Part shown: in pieces, positions 50,227 through 62,769 of the stretch
Position numbering within the stretch: the first letter of the stretch is position 1
How the letters are laid out: each line of letters starts with the position of its first letter
DNA from: Takakia lepidozioides
Lineage: Eukaryota > Plantae > Bryophyta
DNA: 64,000 nt
Assembly: GCA_030704615.1 (NCBI GenBank)
Contig: CM060731.1
Span: forward strand, 72,602,001 to 72,666,000
Direction of reading: 5' to 3'
Notes under the pieces: model-generated
The model's database searches: none
Told to the model about the DNA's origin: nothing
Seen by the model: the letters and a program-made list of their open reading frames with translations, nothing else
Translations under genes and position numbers: made by a program

Positions 50227-51681
50227 CGCTCATCAACATCCATTTGATTCGCAGAATATGACAAGAGTGGAAATACATGTAGCCTACCAATTCGAGGAAA
50301 ATTACCACTTGCGCTGTGACCCTACACCCAATCTATATAGCCACTCGTTACCCCTTCCCAAAATCCTTAAAAAAAACCAGGGTAGGTAGAGAATTGACAA
50401 GTACATAGGCTCCAAACCGCCATGTCATTGTCAAATTGGCATGTAGGTCATCTGGGCTGCTGTTTCAGCTCTGAACCATATTTCTTTTGCTACAATCCAT
50501 ACTAGAGTTGTATGTGAAGGAGAGAGTAAGGTGATGTATTGTATTACTTGAGAGAGCAGTAGGTAGAGGGTGACAGCATGAACCCACAGCCCTATTCCAT
50601 TTGAGTGAATTGACAAGTACATAGCCTCCAAACCAACATGTCATTGTCAAATGGGCATGCAGGTCATTCGGCACATCATCATCAACACGGATGCATTGGA
50701 AATGGAGTATCAATGTAAGGGCATGCTAGGCAGTGCCAAGTTGATTCACCCAAAATGTAGTATGAAGGGCAAGAGCAGGCAAAGAGAAAGAGAGAAAAGA
50801 AAAGAGTTGAACGAATGAGAACCCAACATCAACATTACTCAATAATACACAAGCCAATGAGTAGCTGGTAAAGAGCAATGTACCCCACGGTACAGTGAGG
50901 CGTCATCTGGCAAAGTTCTCATGGTTTTGGAGTTGTTGCAAGCAGATCAAGCTAAAGAGCAACTCTGGCATGAGTTCTTCTCAGATCCTTCACAGTGGTG
51001 CGACACCAGGTTTGACAAGGTGAGGTTATCTTCATTCAGGACGTGAATGTGGCAGAGGGCTTTGACTGAAGGGGATTATATCCTCAGTTGTTAAATTTAT
51101 GACAATTTCTCCATCGCGCTCAATGGCTGGCATAGTTGGCAACTCCTGCAACCTTGCAGCTGTCGCTTGCCATGGCACAGCTGTGGCTGACTTCACCCTC
51201 AAATCCAAAGCATCCATAGTCTGCACCTTATCTGCTATCTCCGTAGATAGTGCCGATGTATCACCACTCTCACAGAGTCTAGCTGCTAGTCTGAACACAT
51301 CAGCTGGCCGAATCCCCGGCATTGCAATGGTCATTGCAAAAAACAATGGAGCTTGGCAAACCGCCGTAGCCGCCCCCAACAATGTACTGGCTGCATCTTG
51401 CTTTGCAGCACCACCCACTTGCATTTCCCAAACCACACCAACTCTCCCCAATGGTACTCGTGGCTCTACCTCTGACACACTTGGGCGAGCGGGTGTCGTT
51501 GATGGCGTAGGTGGCACTGTCTCAGCCAATGTAAAGGACTGTGGAAGCATTGTCTGACAACTCGCTTCCCCCTTTTGTGGATCAAAATCCACATCCGCTC
51601 CTCTTGGCTCAGGAACACGCATTGTTGTTCGAGTGACAGCAGCAGCAAAGTCCAATACATGCAATGGCCCTGCAAGTGCAG

Positions 51682-52408
51682 TGTCACGTACCTCACTTCG
51701 GTAAGCTCCCCTTCAAGTCATAGTTACTCGCTTTGATGCGCGCGCCTGACTCCCAACCAGGCCGCCCGGGCCAACTTGGAGCTTCTGCTGCTCACCGGGA
51801 CATAACGATCCCCCCTTCGATTCCCACTAAACCCTCCACCTAATTGGGACTAGGAGAATTCCCTTTGGTAGATGGCAGTCCGGAACAGCTCCCCACTCTT
51901 TGGTCGTTTTCCGGCTCGCTCGCTTACTCACTAGTTTTTGGTCACCAACGGGCTTGCACCGTTCTCGGGGTTACTACTCCCTATATGTACTTCTGTAGCT
52001 GTCCGCGGGGGTTTCATAACCAGCCATGCCATTTTATGGCGAACCACCACGAAGACCCTCGATTCCCGGTGGTGAGTCGCGGTGAGTCTTGGCCCGCTCA
52101 CCACGGCCCCTATGGACCGTGATGAGTCCCAAGACTCCCCACGACTCTCACCACGAGGTCTCCGCCCCCATGGTGAGTCCTATGCCACCCCCACTAAGTC
52201 CCACTAAGCTACCACCACCCCTTGTGGAGCCACCCCCACCGCAACCCGGTGTGCGGGGCTCCACCTAGTGAGCGCCTCCGCTTCCCTGAGTGCCTTGGGC
52301 ACTCAAGGGTGCTTCAGCCCCCCATACCTATCGCTGTCGCTGCCCCCACCACAGGGGCAGCCCCTCATGTGTCCCGACCCCCTGCCCTCAAGGCAAAAGG
52401 CCGCGACA
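51682..52408. mobile_element. Probable solo LTR (727 bp) nested in the gag of the second copy
   Basis: TGTC...GACA ends and perfect 5-bp TSD TGCAG (51677-51681 and 52409-52413). Gag homology resumes on both sides. Confidence 0.8.
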
Positions 52409-54619
52409 TGCAGCTCCACACATAAAGCCCATACCAATCTGGTCTTCCCTAGGCATAGGAGGTTGTGCAGGTGGGGCTTGAACCTCAAGCCTTGGAGCTG
52501 GCGCAACATGAGTAGTAGCCATGGCAGCAAGACGCTGCTCTAGCTAGACAAGTCTATTCACCATGCCTTGGTCATGACCTTGACCTTGACCCTGTGCTTC
52601 TTGGTTTTGGTTACGATCTCCACCCCGACCTCTGCCTCCTCTACCTCTCTGAACTACATTGCCTCGTCCTCGGCCACCATTATTCCCTTGGAACTGGCCT
52701 GGCCGTAGCTCAGGATGCAAGTCATAACAGTGGGCCTCCTCATGCCCATACTTTCCACAATATCCATACTGTAGTTGTGTAGGCTGTGCCTGTGCCGGCC
52801 CTTTGCCTCTCTCCGGGCAATCCTTCTTGACATGGGGTCTTTCGCAATCCCAACAAGTCACACTCGACTGTTGTTGGCCTGTGAATGAAGGAAGAGACCT
52901 CTGCATCTGAGATCCTTTCTGTCCTTCTCTGGGCTTCGCTTGAGCCCCCTTGTTGTCTTGAGCACGTTGGGGAGTTGGTTGTTATTGGCTAGGAACTCCA
53001 CTTCGTTGTGTCTTCTTGCCAAACCCCACCATAACCACCCGCTCCTCCACCATATTGAGCTCTATCCGCTCTGCTAGCAAAAACACATTTACTAGGGTGG
53101 GTTGGGCAACTTGTAGGAGAGTTGCACCCCGCACCCTTCTCATCAACTCCTTGTTCAGGATCCCATACCGGAACTGGACTACCTGAGCTTCTGTAACCCC
53201 TTGGGTTACGTTTATCAAGCGCCTCATGCGAGTGTAAGCCTCCCTCAAACTCTCAGTAGGCCTACGTTGGAACTCTTACAAGCTCCGCAACTTCTCTGTT
53301 CTTATCCCCTGGTAGTTTCTCCTCAACTCCTCGAAGAACTCCACAACTGGGTTAAAGACAGGCACGGGTGCTGGTGCTGCAGCAGGAGCTTGAGTGGATT
53401 TCCCAGCTCTTGTACCACTTGTCCCACTACTAGTGCTTGCAGTTAGGGATGTTGGTGTAGCTGCAAATGTCGCCGCTGCTCTTATGCCTCTAGTGATGGA
53501 GATATAGTCAGGTGACCAATACTCCCGCCATTCTTTAATCTCCACCTCATGTCCCCGCCTAAACTCATGGTAATCGTCCATGGGCAACAGCTCTTCCATG
53601 CCATAAAAGGCGTAAATAGTTGTGGATTGCGCATCTGCTGCAAATCACACCAACTATCAAACTCTTGTATGAAATTATCAAGCTCGATGGTGCCCACAGC
53701 TCTAGAGTACCGACGTGGCCCCTTGGTAGCTCCATACATTTCCTCCATCGTATCCCACAACAATGGCACGGAAATAGCTTGCACCTGCGGCGTGGATCTT
53801 TCAGAGTCTGAATCAGAACCCTCCTCAGAAGACACAGAAGATAAAGGTGGCCTAAACCGCACACGTCGTCTCGTGTATCCACTAGTATCGCTAGTGCTCG
53901 TACCGGCACTTCCCTCAGCAACTAGTGACACCTCCGTGATGAAAACTCACAACCACACATGTTGTAAATCTGTCTCTAATCTCCATTTCCACAAGATAAC
54001 CGGGTAGAGAACCTGTTGCAGCTAATGGTTTAGACTACTAGGTTCATAACATAAACCTGCACATGCACCTACATCCACCGCAAGCACTCTTATGGTCTGC
54101 TGGTCATCAACCCAGCCTCACCATAAAAGAACAATGATGGTCTGATTGGTCGTCACCCCAGCCTCACCACTGACACCACACTCTAGGATTGACCGGTGAT
54201 CAAATCCGGACCAATCTCCTATGAAAACAAACGCCCACACAAAACTAACATGGCGCACAGTCAAGCATGCACGTGTGGAGGGGATCCAAGCACAAGAAAA
54301 TCAAAACAATAACTCCTCCACACTAAAAACACTCCACAGTGTTGCTCCTGCAAGACACCCTAGCCCAAGCCCGGACTGACTCTTGCCTCCACCTACGGAA
54401 AGGTTTTGACTTACAGAGAGGGTGGAAGGCTACAAGGAAGAGAGACTAAAGCATTTCTTAGCACAACATGCTCTCATCCCACTACCCTATCTCCACACTC
54501 TTTTACTTAAGCAATAGACAAGACCTTTCAAGGATCTCTCAAATAACTCTCTAAGAGCCCTCAAGATGTCCCTCAAACAATCTCACTGAGGCTTCCAAAG
54601 CTTGCACAATGGTACTCCA

Positions 54620-55140
54620 AACAGTATACCAAGGCCCCAAGAGCTTGCCAAATCTCGGCCCTCAAGGACCCCAAATAGTCCTTCAACAAGTTGCCAAAGA
54701 CTCATCAAGCTCGCCAAATATCGGCCTCCAAGGACCCCAAACAGCCCTCCAAACAGCCTTCCAAAGGCTCCAAAAACTTGCCAAATATTGGCCTTCAAAG
54801 ACCTCAAATGGTCCTCTACATAGCCTTCCATAGGCTCCAAAAACTTGCCAAAACTTGGCCTTCAAGGACCGCAAATAGTCCTCCAAACAGTCATCCAAAT
54901 ACCTCTTCAAGAGCTCTTCAAAGTGCCTTACAAAAGCTTCTTAGAGTGTCTTCCAAAAGCTCCTCAAAGGACCCCAAAGATCCCCCAAACAATCCTCCAA
55001 AAGGCCCTTGAAAATCCTCCAAAAGCCCTATATTGTCTTTATATATCACTATGTTCCTAGCCTATAGTGATTGTTCCCACACTACAGTGACGGTTCCCAG
55101 ACTACGGTGACCGTTCCCACACTATGGTGACTGTTCCCAT
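54620..55140. repeat. Tandem repeats in the leader of the second copy
   Basis: ~65-70-bp units containing cttgccaaa..ggccttcaaggacc..aaatagtcctcc (54620-54900) and four 20-bp (c)tayrgtgaysgttcccas-type units (55061-55140). Confidence 0.7.
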
Positions 55141-56530
55141 GAACCTAGGGTTTCATGTGCATCTCATGCTAGGGTTTGTGCATTCCAAGCTAGGATTTGG
55201 GCTTCCTTGAGCTTCATGCTACTCTCTTCAAGCATCCATGACTTCTATGAGACACCAAGGCAAACTACCTTGATCTTCTTCACCTCAAGCCACAACCAAG
55301 CTTGGTTCCATCTCACCTAGCAATGCATTTGCTACACAACAAGCTTCACTTCACTTTGGAGCTCAAGAATCAAGCTTTTTACCTCATTTGACAAGCAACC
55401 AAGTCTTGCAATCATTCATGTGCTCGTCTTTGGCCATCCACACACATGCTCCACTCTTGGCTTCTATGTGTTGCTTCTCCAAGCATCAATACATCTCCAT
55501 CTCATGCAAAGAGGAAGATTCAAGTCCCTAGCTCAAGAGTCGTGCTCTCCTCAAGCTTAAGGTTGAAACCCCAACTCAAACATGTGTTCTACAAGTGTTT
55601 TTCCTTCATCTAAGTGGAAACCAGCCTTTTTCCTTCTTTCTTGCTTTCCAAGGCTTGAAAATAGAAGCCTCAATGGGCTGAAAACATGCTCCACATAAGC
55701 ATCACATCATACACAAAAGAATGAACTTGTTCCCTTTACCTTCTAGCTCTCCTTAAGCTTGAAGTTGGAAGTCGTACTTAGAAAGCATGCTCTACATATG
55801 CGCCACTTGCTTGGTCAACCACTTGCTTCACCAAGAACAATCCAAGAACAAAAAAGAACTAGCAAAAACACTCCCTTCTAGCGCCTTAGCTTGCTTGTTT
55901 GTCAACCAAATGAAACCTCACTTTGGCTTCATTTCACCATGGATAAAACAACCACTTCTTAACTTCTCTTGAGCTACTCAATGCTCCTCAAGCTATCATT
56001 GTTATACTCCTTCTATGGTGTTTCGAACCCATGCATGTGCCACTCTTTGGCTTCTCTTTCATACCATGAACAACTAGAGCTTGCTCTTGAAACCCTAGTG
56101 TCTATCTTCTCCACACATAAGACGTTTCTCTTGTGATGCGAGAGCTCTTTTCCAAGCTCTCAAACCCTTGGTGCACAATAATGCTTCTACAAACCCTCAA
56201 TGCATTCTTCTCACCATAAAAGTCACTTCCTTGGCAAATGGTTGTCACAACACTTGAGATACAAAAGATGACGCGCATTGTTCTCAAACTTTCAAACCTT
56301 TTGCTTCCACACACACAAGACTTTCTACCTGCAATACTTGCAAAGTCTTGTAACTCAAGAGCTCTCTCCTTGAGCTCTCCACCTCCTTGATGCAATGCAA
56401 ACACACTCTCCCTTGCAACACCTTGCAAGCCTTGTGAGATACTTGAGTTTTTCCTAGCTCTCTCACTTCTTGGTGTACACCAACATCAGTGCTAAGCTAA
56501 TCTTTACACTTCGTACTCACAAGCATAAGG

Positions 56531-56993
56531 TCATCTTCTTGTAGTGATAATGAAAGTGAAGATAATGGAAACCCTCCACTCATGAATCCACTCAATCACA
56601 TAAACTAAGTCAAGCCAAGGGCACCCTTGCTAAGGGAATCCACCCTACAAAGCACTCACCACACTCCCTCTCAATACCTAGAGCTATGGAGGTGAGAGAG
56701 GCTCATGGAGGCTCAACTACAAGAAGATGAGCCTTCTCCATTCTCATAAGGGGAAAACCTATCCCCATGTCCCAAGTGAGGCGTCGAGGAAGCTCATCTT
56801 CTTGTAGTTGAGCCTCCATGAGCCTCTCTCACCTCCATAGCTCTAGGTATTGAGATGGAGTGTGGTGAGTGCTTTGTAGGGTGGATTTCCTTAGCAAAGG
56901 TGCCCTTGGCTTAATTTAGTTTATGTGATTGAGTGGATTCATGAGTGGAGGGTTTCCATTATCTTCACTTTCATTATCACTACAAGAAGATGA
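56531..56993. repeat. ~202-bp inverted repeat with ~59-bp spacer
   Basis: 56531-56732 is the near-perfect reverse complement of 56792-56993. 56716-56787 is also directly repeated at 56979-57049. Confidence 0.92.
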
Positions 56994-57337
56994 GCCTCCT
57001 CCATCCTCACAAGGGGAAAACCTATCCCCATGTCCCAAGTGAGGCTCGACATCTCACTTGGCATGTGAGACCAAATGAAGTCCCATCACACAAAATATAA
57101 ATATAAATATCTAAAATGTCCTAGTTAACTAGAAGTAGGTAATTCTAGATAACCATGACTAAAACCATGACAACTGCTTCATTGTTTTTGTTGTCTTTGG
57201 AATATCTAACTAGACTGTTTTTTAATATAATTACTCCCACGACTGCTTGAACGGAGGTTGTTCCCGTCTTTCGCGAGTGAAAGGACGAAAGAAAAAGGAG
57301 GTGCCCAAACCGACTCCGCACATGCCACGTGCCATTG

Positions 57338-58790
57338 CCTAAACGCGTCGTGGCCATCGACCCGGGCCAATAATACCTCTACATGGGAGTGGTGTATTCG
57401 TCCAAAGGAGAGGCTGCGCTGAACAAGCCGTGGGTGGGACAAAGTGGACCGGTTCCAAATGACCCGCTGCAGCAAGTCGTGGTTCTACACCATATGCGGA
57501 TACCGGCGGCGGGCCAAGCTGACGAAGAGGTGGATAGCCAGTAACCAAGCCGCAGTTCAATTCGAGGGACAACACCGTCTTCACTAAGGTGGCAACTTTA
57601 GCGAGGTATATCCTGTATGCGGCGTCAATGTTGACACATCTCCTGACGTTGAATGAGTTCTATGTGGTGAATAGAGGTTGGGTAGCGCGCGAGCATGTTC
57701 ACGTGAGCACAAGGGCATCTTCCCCGAATTTCTGCGAAATTTCCGTGAAATATCTGCAGCGAAATGAAATTGGCGAAACTAACAATTATGCGAAACTAAC
57801 ACATAAAGAACAAGTAGCCCCTATACCTGATGAACATGTTACCCTATAGGCATGGTTTTTTCTCAATGCGAAACCCACCGCTGCTTAGGTTTGTCCCATA
57901 TCACATATCATTTCTCAATGCGAAATTCAGTTTGTGCCCATAGCACATATAATTTCCCACTGCGGAATTCACCTAACTATTTCTCACCGCGAAATTCAGT
58001 TTGTGCCCATAGCACATATCATTTCTCAATGCGAAATTCAGTTTGTGCCATAGCACATATCATTTTTCAATGCGAAATTCACCTAAACTATCATTTCTCA
58101 CTGCGAAATTTAGTTTGTGCCCATAGCACATATCATTTCTCAATGCGAAATTCACCAACGCCGTTATAGGTTTAGGGTTTCTGGCTACACTACTGAAGGT
58201 TTTGCCTCGCTGAATTGGTGCAGATGTACCGTACAAATTCACCAAAAACTATACCCGCTTATGGTTTTATTCCGTTTTGAAATCATATAACTCCTATGAC
58301 CGAGGTTAAAAAATATAAAACTCCCATGACCATAGGTCGTGCTAACGTGAGCTCCCAGGATATCAACCCCCTAATGAATAAGAGGATGAGGGAGATGAGG
58401 TGGGCGACGTGGATAAAGACGGAACGGGCCTACGCGAATGACCCCACGACGGTGGTAGCCTTCCGGGACGCCTCTTTCGCTAGCCCCGGAACGAAAACCA
58501 CGCCAACCTCCAAGCTACAAAAAAAGGTACGGGAGAAGGCCGGCGAGATGGTGATGGTGGACGAGTTTAGAACTAGCCAACTATGTTGCGGTTAGCAGCG
58601 AAAGGATGGAGGCCATGCCCCAGTGCCGATTCCCGGAAGCATGGGGCGTTGCGGCTCATAGGCGGTCCAACTGTGTGCCAACACAGCCTCCTATGGGACT
58701 ACATGGAACCGAGACGTCAACGCGGCGGTCAACATCATGCACCGGTTTTGGGAAATGAGGGACTCCCGGCCTCGCCGGAGGGGGTGCCCC
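57338..58790 (+). pseudogene. Fanzor1/TnpB-like RuvC RNA-guided nuclease relic, interrupted by a MITE
   Basis: Manual translation gives PKRVVAIDPG (57338-57367, RuvC-I), SKSWFYTICGY, LNEFY, then the insertion, then NKRMREMRWATWIKTERA, VVAFRDASF, VDEFRTSQLCC (58557 onward) and GTTWNRDVNAAVNI (58695-58736, RuvC-III). Several stops and frameshifts. Confidence 0.8.
57672..58373. mobile_element. MITE-like non-autonomous DNA transposon with internal ~41-bp tandem repeats
   Basis: Imperfect TIRs TAGAGGTTG.. and ..CAACCCCCTA, with subterminal IR gttcacgtgagcac / gtgctaacgtgagc. Flanks GTGAA and ATGAA. Internal catatcatttctcaatgcgaaattcagtttgtgcccatagca repeats at ~57880-58155. Confidence 0.7.
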
Positions 58791-59230
58791 GCCGAGGCAG
58801 CCCCGCCGCAGATCTCATTAAGACTGTCATAGTAACAGGCAATCCACGCTGAGCGGGGTGAGGGTGTAAACCCTCTCCACGACGATGCACAACTGTGAGT
58901 TTTGATACTCACATTGGCGAAGAGAATGGTTTGCCAAAAAGACAATGGTGATGATGTGAGACAACATGCGACTAGGGTTAAGGAAATCTGCAAAGGACGA
59001 TTGTGTGATTTGCCACCTACAGAGCAACATTTTGATTGAGGGGTACCTACCAAAGACCAGAAGTGGGTAAGGTGGCATCTAGCTGGAGTGGAGAGTTGGA
59101 AGAGAGAACATCTCACCATGGCTAATAAGGGCGAAAAGGAAGACATCAAGTCAAAACTGAAACAGTGATGAGCTCTTCGAACAGACTGAGATCTTAGAGC
59201 AAACTGTAGACATGAACTCACCACCGTGGC

Positions 59231-61765
59231 TCAACGTGGAGAATTGTTGTCAACATCAAGCACAAGCTTAAATTTCTCATATAACATCCAGGAAAGGCCT
59301 GATGAGGGCATCACTTTCAAGCTACTCGCACCAAGCCCTCTATAGAAGCCCTTTGCTCCCTCTTCATCTAGAATACTACGAATAGTGTCCAGCATGCTAT
59401 TTGGTGTTCTCCTTCCAAGAACTGCCCCTACTATCATCCTCTTCCGGGTTACCTCAAAAGGAAATGTTGCTGCACTAGAAGCCAAGCCTTCACACCCACA
59501 AGGGAAAAGTCGTGAGCTGAGTCACAGGGGCAAAAGTAGCATGGTCCACCACATGAAAGCAGTGAAAAAATATCACTCCATGATATCCCAAGAAACAGTT
59601 CCCTAGAATGCCTTTTGCACTCTTTCACCAGAAAAGCCTTGTCACCCTATATATTCAATTCTCTGCACATAGAAGAATCCAAGGCAAAACAACTGGACAG
59701 GGGAAGGGGAGAGAGAAAAATAAAGAAGCTCAAACTGCCCAAGGGCAAAAGTAGAACAACACATGAGAAACAGAAAGAGAAGAGGTGAGGTAGTGACCTG
59801 CAAAAGCACCAATTGTAAGGGTCTCCAAAGGCCCCAGTCGCTTTTGGTGAGTATGGTGGTGATATGCATGAGTGAGGGTATCATAAACAAAGTAATAAGC
59901 AGCACAATAGGGCACCAATCCTATCATCGTGGGAGCCAGACCCCCATAGAAGGCCCCTAAGCCCTCTTCTTGCGCTATCTTCCCAAAGGCCTGCCTAATG
60001 TTTTGGTAAGCTCCTGTATGCACCGTAAATCTGTCCTGCAATCCATGGAACATACTAACCAGATTCAACATCAGCAGACAACAAAATAGAAGAAGAAGAC
60101 TCTGGCCGAAGCCAGCAAAATTAAGGGCCCCTTCACCTCACAGCTGCTGTCCCTCTTTCCGGGGTGGGCTCTACACAACAATACAGTTGTATAGGGTTTG
60201 GACAAATGCTCCATTCTTGTGAACCGTGGGGCCTCTAGACATTCTCCCATCAGACATGTAGTGTTGCTGAAGTCCAAAGCTAATGATACAAAGATCTGTA
60301 CTTCATGTCACAAGTGTCCATGGCCAGATCCTGCCATCATGGCACACTACCCCTACCCAGAAACCTCCCCATTAAACAACTCTATGGAACACAAAAGAAC
60401 AAAAGAAAATCTCAAGGGGTTGGGTCACCATACATACCTTGAGGACTTCAAGGGGGTAGCACAAAACAGTGCTACACATTCCAGCTACTGCTCCTGCAAT
60501 CATCGAAGGTGATATCCAGCCTACGGGAACTTTTAATACATGACCCAGCACTCTGATCTGTGGGGAACCTTCAGTTGCCCACCGATTCTTGGCAGAAGAA
60601 ACAGCCCTCTTCACAGCTTCAAATGTTGACAGCTCAATTGCCTGCAAAGGAGCAGTGCGTAATGCATTGATCCCATTACCCCTCCATAGTCCACGCCAAC
60701 CATGTTTGTCAAGCACCTCATGCAGACTTCCAATAATGCTCTTTGAGCCAACACCTACAATCAGTCTTGTCCTGTAAACCATTATAATCCTTGATTCAGA
60801 TACAGCTGCACTTTCCTCATAACTGTTGCCAAAATTGCCAAGCCTTCCTGAGATATTACCATAGGCTCACTTGGACCACTTCGCACTTAAACTTCACAGT
60901 GGTCGGCAATCTGAAATTCTTGTTTCCAGTTGTACTGGAAGTTAAGGCCCACTACATCCATTTTCAACATCATGGGAGGAGCATTTGGTGCAGGTTCCCA
61001 GGCGCTTCTGAAAAAAACTGGTAGTTGACCACCTATAATCACTTTAATCCTGTTCCACTACTAGATCTCTTGCAAAATTCAACACGAAATTATTAACGAG
61101 AACAGCTCCCAACATATACATTTTTGTCCCAGAAGGCTACAAGGGTTTTTCATGGCCAACACCAGAGTCCATTGCTTTTTGGGCATCCTAGTCCTCGGGA
61201 TGGTATGTGCAACTACCAAATGTTATGCAAGTGTTTCCTTGAGCCAATTGAAACCAAAATCAGCTTCATTCTTCCCTGGTAAATTCTGCTAGAATCTTGT
61301 TATTGGGTGTGACACTCACCTTACAGTTTCAATGGGTGCCACAATGGACTTGGACAGAGCCCCTGATAATGCTCCACTTACAAATATTCGGAATTCCCTG
61401 CTTCTAAACCCTTCCTTCACCACAAAAGTTGAATGTTTGTAGTCTTTGACCCTTACATATAGAATAATATACACAAATCTCGCACCCATAATGCAATACA
61501 AACGTTGTGCTTAGCTGAGAAAGACCTGCGAATGAAGAATCGGGGACCTACACAACTATGCTTGCAAGAAAATTGCAGATATAAAGGAGGATATCGTGGA
61601 TATTGCGCAAATGCATAGACGCAAGAAGCACCTTTAGATCCGCATAAGATATGTAGAAGATAAAACAGAATCAAAACTCACCATCAAATTCTTCGAAAGA
61701 TCGCTGCCATTCGTCCGGAGCCTACTTGTGGGGTGTTCAACAATCGCTAACTTGTCCGATGTCAT
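59231..61765 (-). CDS. Mitochondrial carrier family protein, adenine nucleotide transporter BTL1-like (Brittle1-like)
   Basis: Three carrier signature repeats, PIETVRTR, PLEVLKDR and PFEVTRKR, with GLWRG, AFYGG and GFYRG. Exons at approx. 61765-61682, 61450-61320, 60772-60438, 60036-59798 and 59487-59231. 5' exon structure uncertain. Confidence 0.88.
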
Positions 61766-62769
61766 TATCAGGTGATTTCAATTCACCTTCAACTCCTCAC
61801 ACGCCTGCTGTTTTCAGATGATTGAAGTTAAAAAGGGCTTTGGAAGCAGTTTCTTCTAATGCGGAACGGGTGGAGGAGCTGAAACAAAGAACTGAACCAG
61901 ACTAGAGAAGAGTAGCTACTTTAGGCTGTTGTTCTCACTGGTGAAAACGCAACATCGTGGTACAAATAGTGTGCCAAATAGGACAAGACTACACACAATT
62001 CCGGGTCTGAATCCAAGGCACGCATGAGCTCTGGATCATCCTATAGTGCATCACACTGACCATGTCACTTCTGCAATCCCGTGAACTCACTTAGCAGTGC
62101 GAAAGCAATTCCAAATCGGCATCTCGAACCTCCAGAGATTTGTCATTTCTTTCTAATCTGCCCTGCATTCATCTACTGCACCCACGACAGACATGACGAT
62201 CTCCCAAATTCCACATTTGCATTTGTGGGTTGTTTTCTTTGCAAGATCAGCTTGAACAGACGAACAGACCCACTCCAACCACGGCTAGAACTTTATAAAT
62301 CCGCGGCACGCACCTTGTTTCCACGGGCACCCATCGTGCCACCCAGATTTCGCAGCGTTAATGTTTCCAGTTTCCACCTCCGCATCTCATCAGTTGTCTC
62401 CTGAGAACTGACACTTGGACAAAGAGACCGGCCATGGACGCTAGGTGATTGGCTGTAGCTGGGTGGGGTTGTGAGGTACATCCCCCCAAAAATGGTGTGA
62501 AATGAGAGCCAACAATTACTTTACCCCCTGGCAGCACGGCCCAACTGCTCATGTGCCTAGCACAAGAGTCATATGTACATGGAAAGAGGGGATGAGGTGT
62601 GTGATGAAGCTTGGATATGAAGGAGAAGATGGGCAGCAGGGAGGGGCCGTGTAAGGAGGAACAGCAGAAGCAGTGGGTGAGTGTGCGCAGGCAGAGCCCA
62701 TGTGTGCAAGAAGATCCCCGCTTCGTCTTCGTTTCCTGGAAAATGCCATAGGTTCAGCCGAACATCTTT

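Larger units (their letters stand above)
51111..57172 (-). mobile_element. Second, diverged and 3'-truncated member of the same retroelement family
   Basis: Begins TGTC at 57172 on the minus strand with sequence homologous to repeat A. Leader is homologous to 35.7-36.2 kb; gag 53931-52430 and 51676-51111 is collinear with 36200-38290. Ends before the protease and DNMT. Confidence 0.85.

Noticed and set aside
50390-50670. Diverged ~60-bp direct repeats (50390-50450 and 50607-50667), and 25-bp repeats near 30267 and 30445
   Set aside because: Short local duplications with no TSD, coding or structural signal.
57880-58155. CRISPR-like array beside a Cas12-related nuclease relic
   Set aside because: Units are head-to-tail without unique spacers and lie within a TIR-bounded insertion that interrupts the ORF.
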